From positions 492,436 through 556,435 of the forward strand of contig NMRA01000254.1 in assembly GCA_002633005.1 (NCBI GenBank): 64,000 nucleotides of DNA, given 5' to 3'. This document shows, piece by piece, positions 63,340 through 64,000 of this stretch. Both the position numbers and the translations under genes were made by a program. Under the pieces are notes generated by a model. It was not told where the DNA came from, did no database searches, and was given only the letters and a program-made list of their open reading frames with translations. The number at the start of each line of letters is the position of its first letter. The first letter of the stretch is position 1. Source of the stretch: Phoronis australis. Lineage: Eukaryota > Animalia > Phoronida.

Positions 63340-64000
63340 CGGTATTGAAAAAACATTTTAGCACACCATGTACAACAAGTACTACCGTGTATGTACAAAA
63401 TGTATTGTGAACAGAACAGTATCAACATTTTGCATTCAGGAATCCCACACCTCTGCCTGTCGTGAACTGCAACTCAGTGAGCATCAAAACGTTCAACCAA
63501 AACTAGCGGGGTTACATGTAGATAAACATTCAGCATATGTGATTTTAGCAAAGAGTGCTTTTGGCGCTCAGTATACGAAGCCGTTTTCTGTTCCTTGGTA
63601 AACAGTCTCTTACGCAAAATGTTATTCCAATATCGTGTTCAGCGGTAGTTTTAATACTTTCGCTTCAAAAAATCCACTTTTCAACCTAACAGTATGGACA
63701 GGGATACACGTATATGCCTACATTCCGATAAAGTGCACATGTGTATTTACGTTTTGAGTTGACTCAACATGAGATGTGCGCATATATTGTTACTTGAAAA
63801 ATGTCAAAATAATGTTGAAGAAAATGGGATACTCTCAGCTCATTAGAGCGTTCTCCCGTTCAATGACTTCAACAGACATAGAGCATCTAGCGCCTTTTTT
63901 AACTGCTGAGCACAGTCTTTTGTCCGGCATGACAACATGCAGGCCTCCCGTTCAGTAACGTACACTAGAGCCTCGCTAAAAGGCAAGACTTCGCGAGATT

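Overview
Animal (most likely marine invertebrate) draft-assembly DNA that is AT-rich, has spliceosomal introns and is dense in decayed transposons. Two modular extracellular-protein genes face each other tail to tail. (1) A minus-strand gene whose CDS I could reconstruct from ATG to stop (63036 to 34720): signal peptide, one TSP1 domain with an inserted RRRR furin-type site, a tandem array of 123-bp phase-1/1 calcium-binding EGF exons, a transmembrane helix and a ~27-aa tail. The array holds 22 intact exons as assembled (probably 16 unique, because six are repeated across a single-N join), two freshly broken exons and several 'ghost' exons. Every array exon has a weak donor lacking +5G, and most share a conserved donor-proximal intron motif, which suggests a combinatorially skippable, length-tunable receptor stalk. 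(2) The 3' part of a plus-strand multi-kringle gene: three kringle exons and a chimeric terminal exon. The rest consists of nested mobile elements (two AcademX remnants, CR1-like, L1/Tx1, RTE, Penelope-like, hAT-like, MITEs, Helentron-like arrays) and three duplications at N joins that look like uncollapsed haplotypes. TACATGTA occurs repeatedly as an in-frame 6-bp insertion in dead TE ORFs, matching Tc1/mariner excision footprints. All calls were made by eye; no searches were run.
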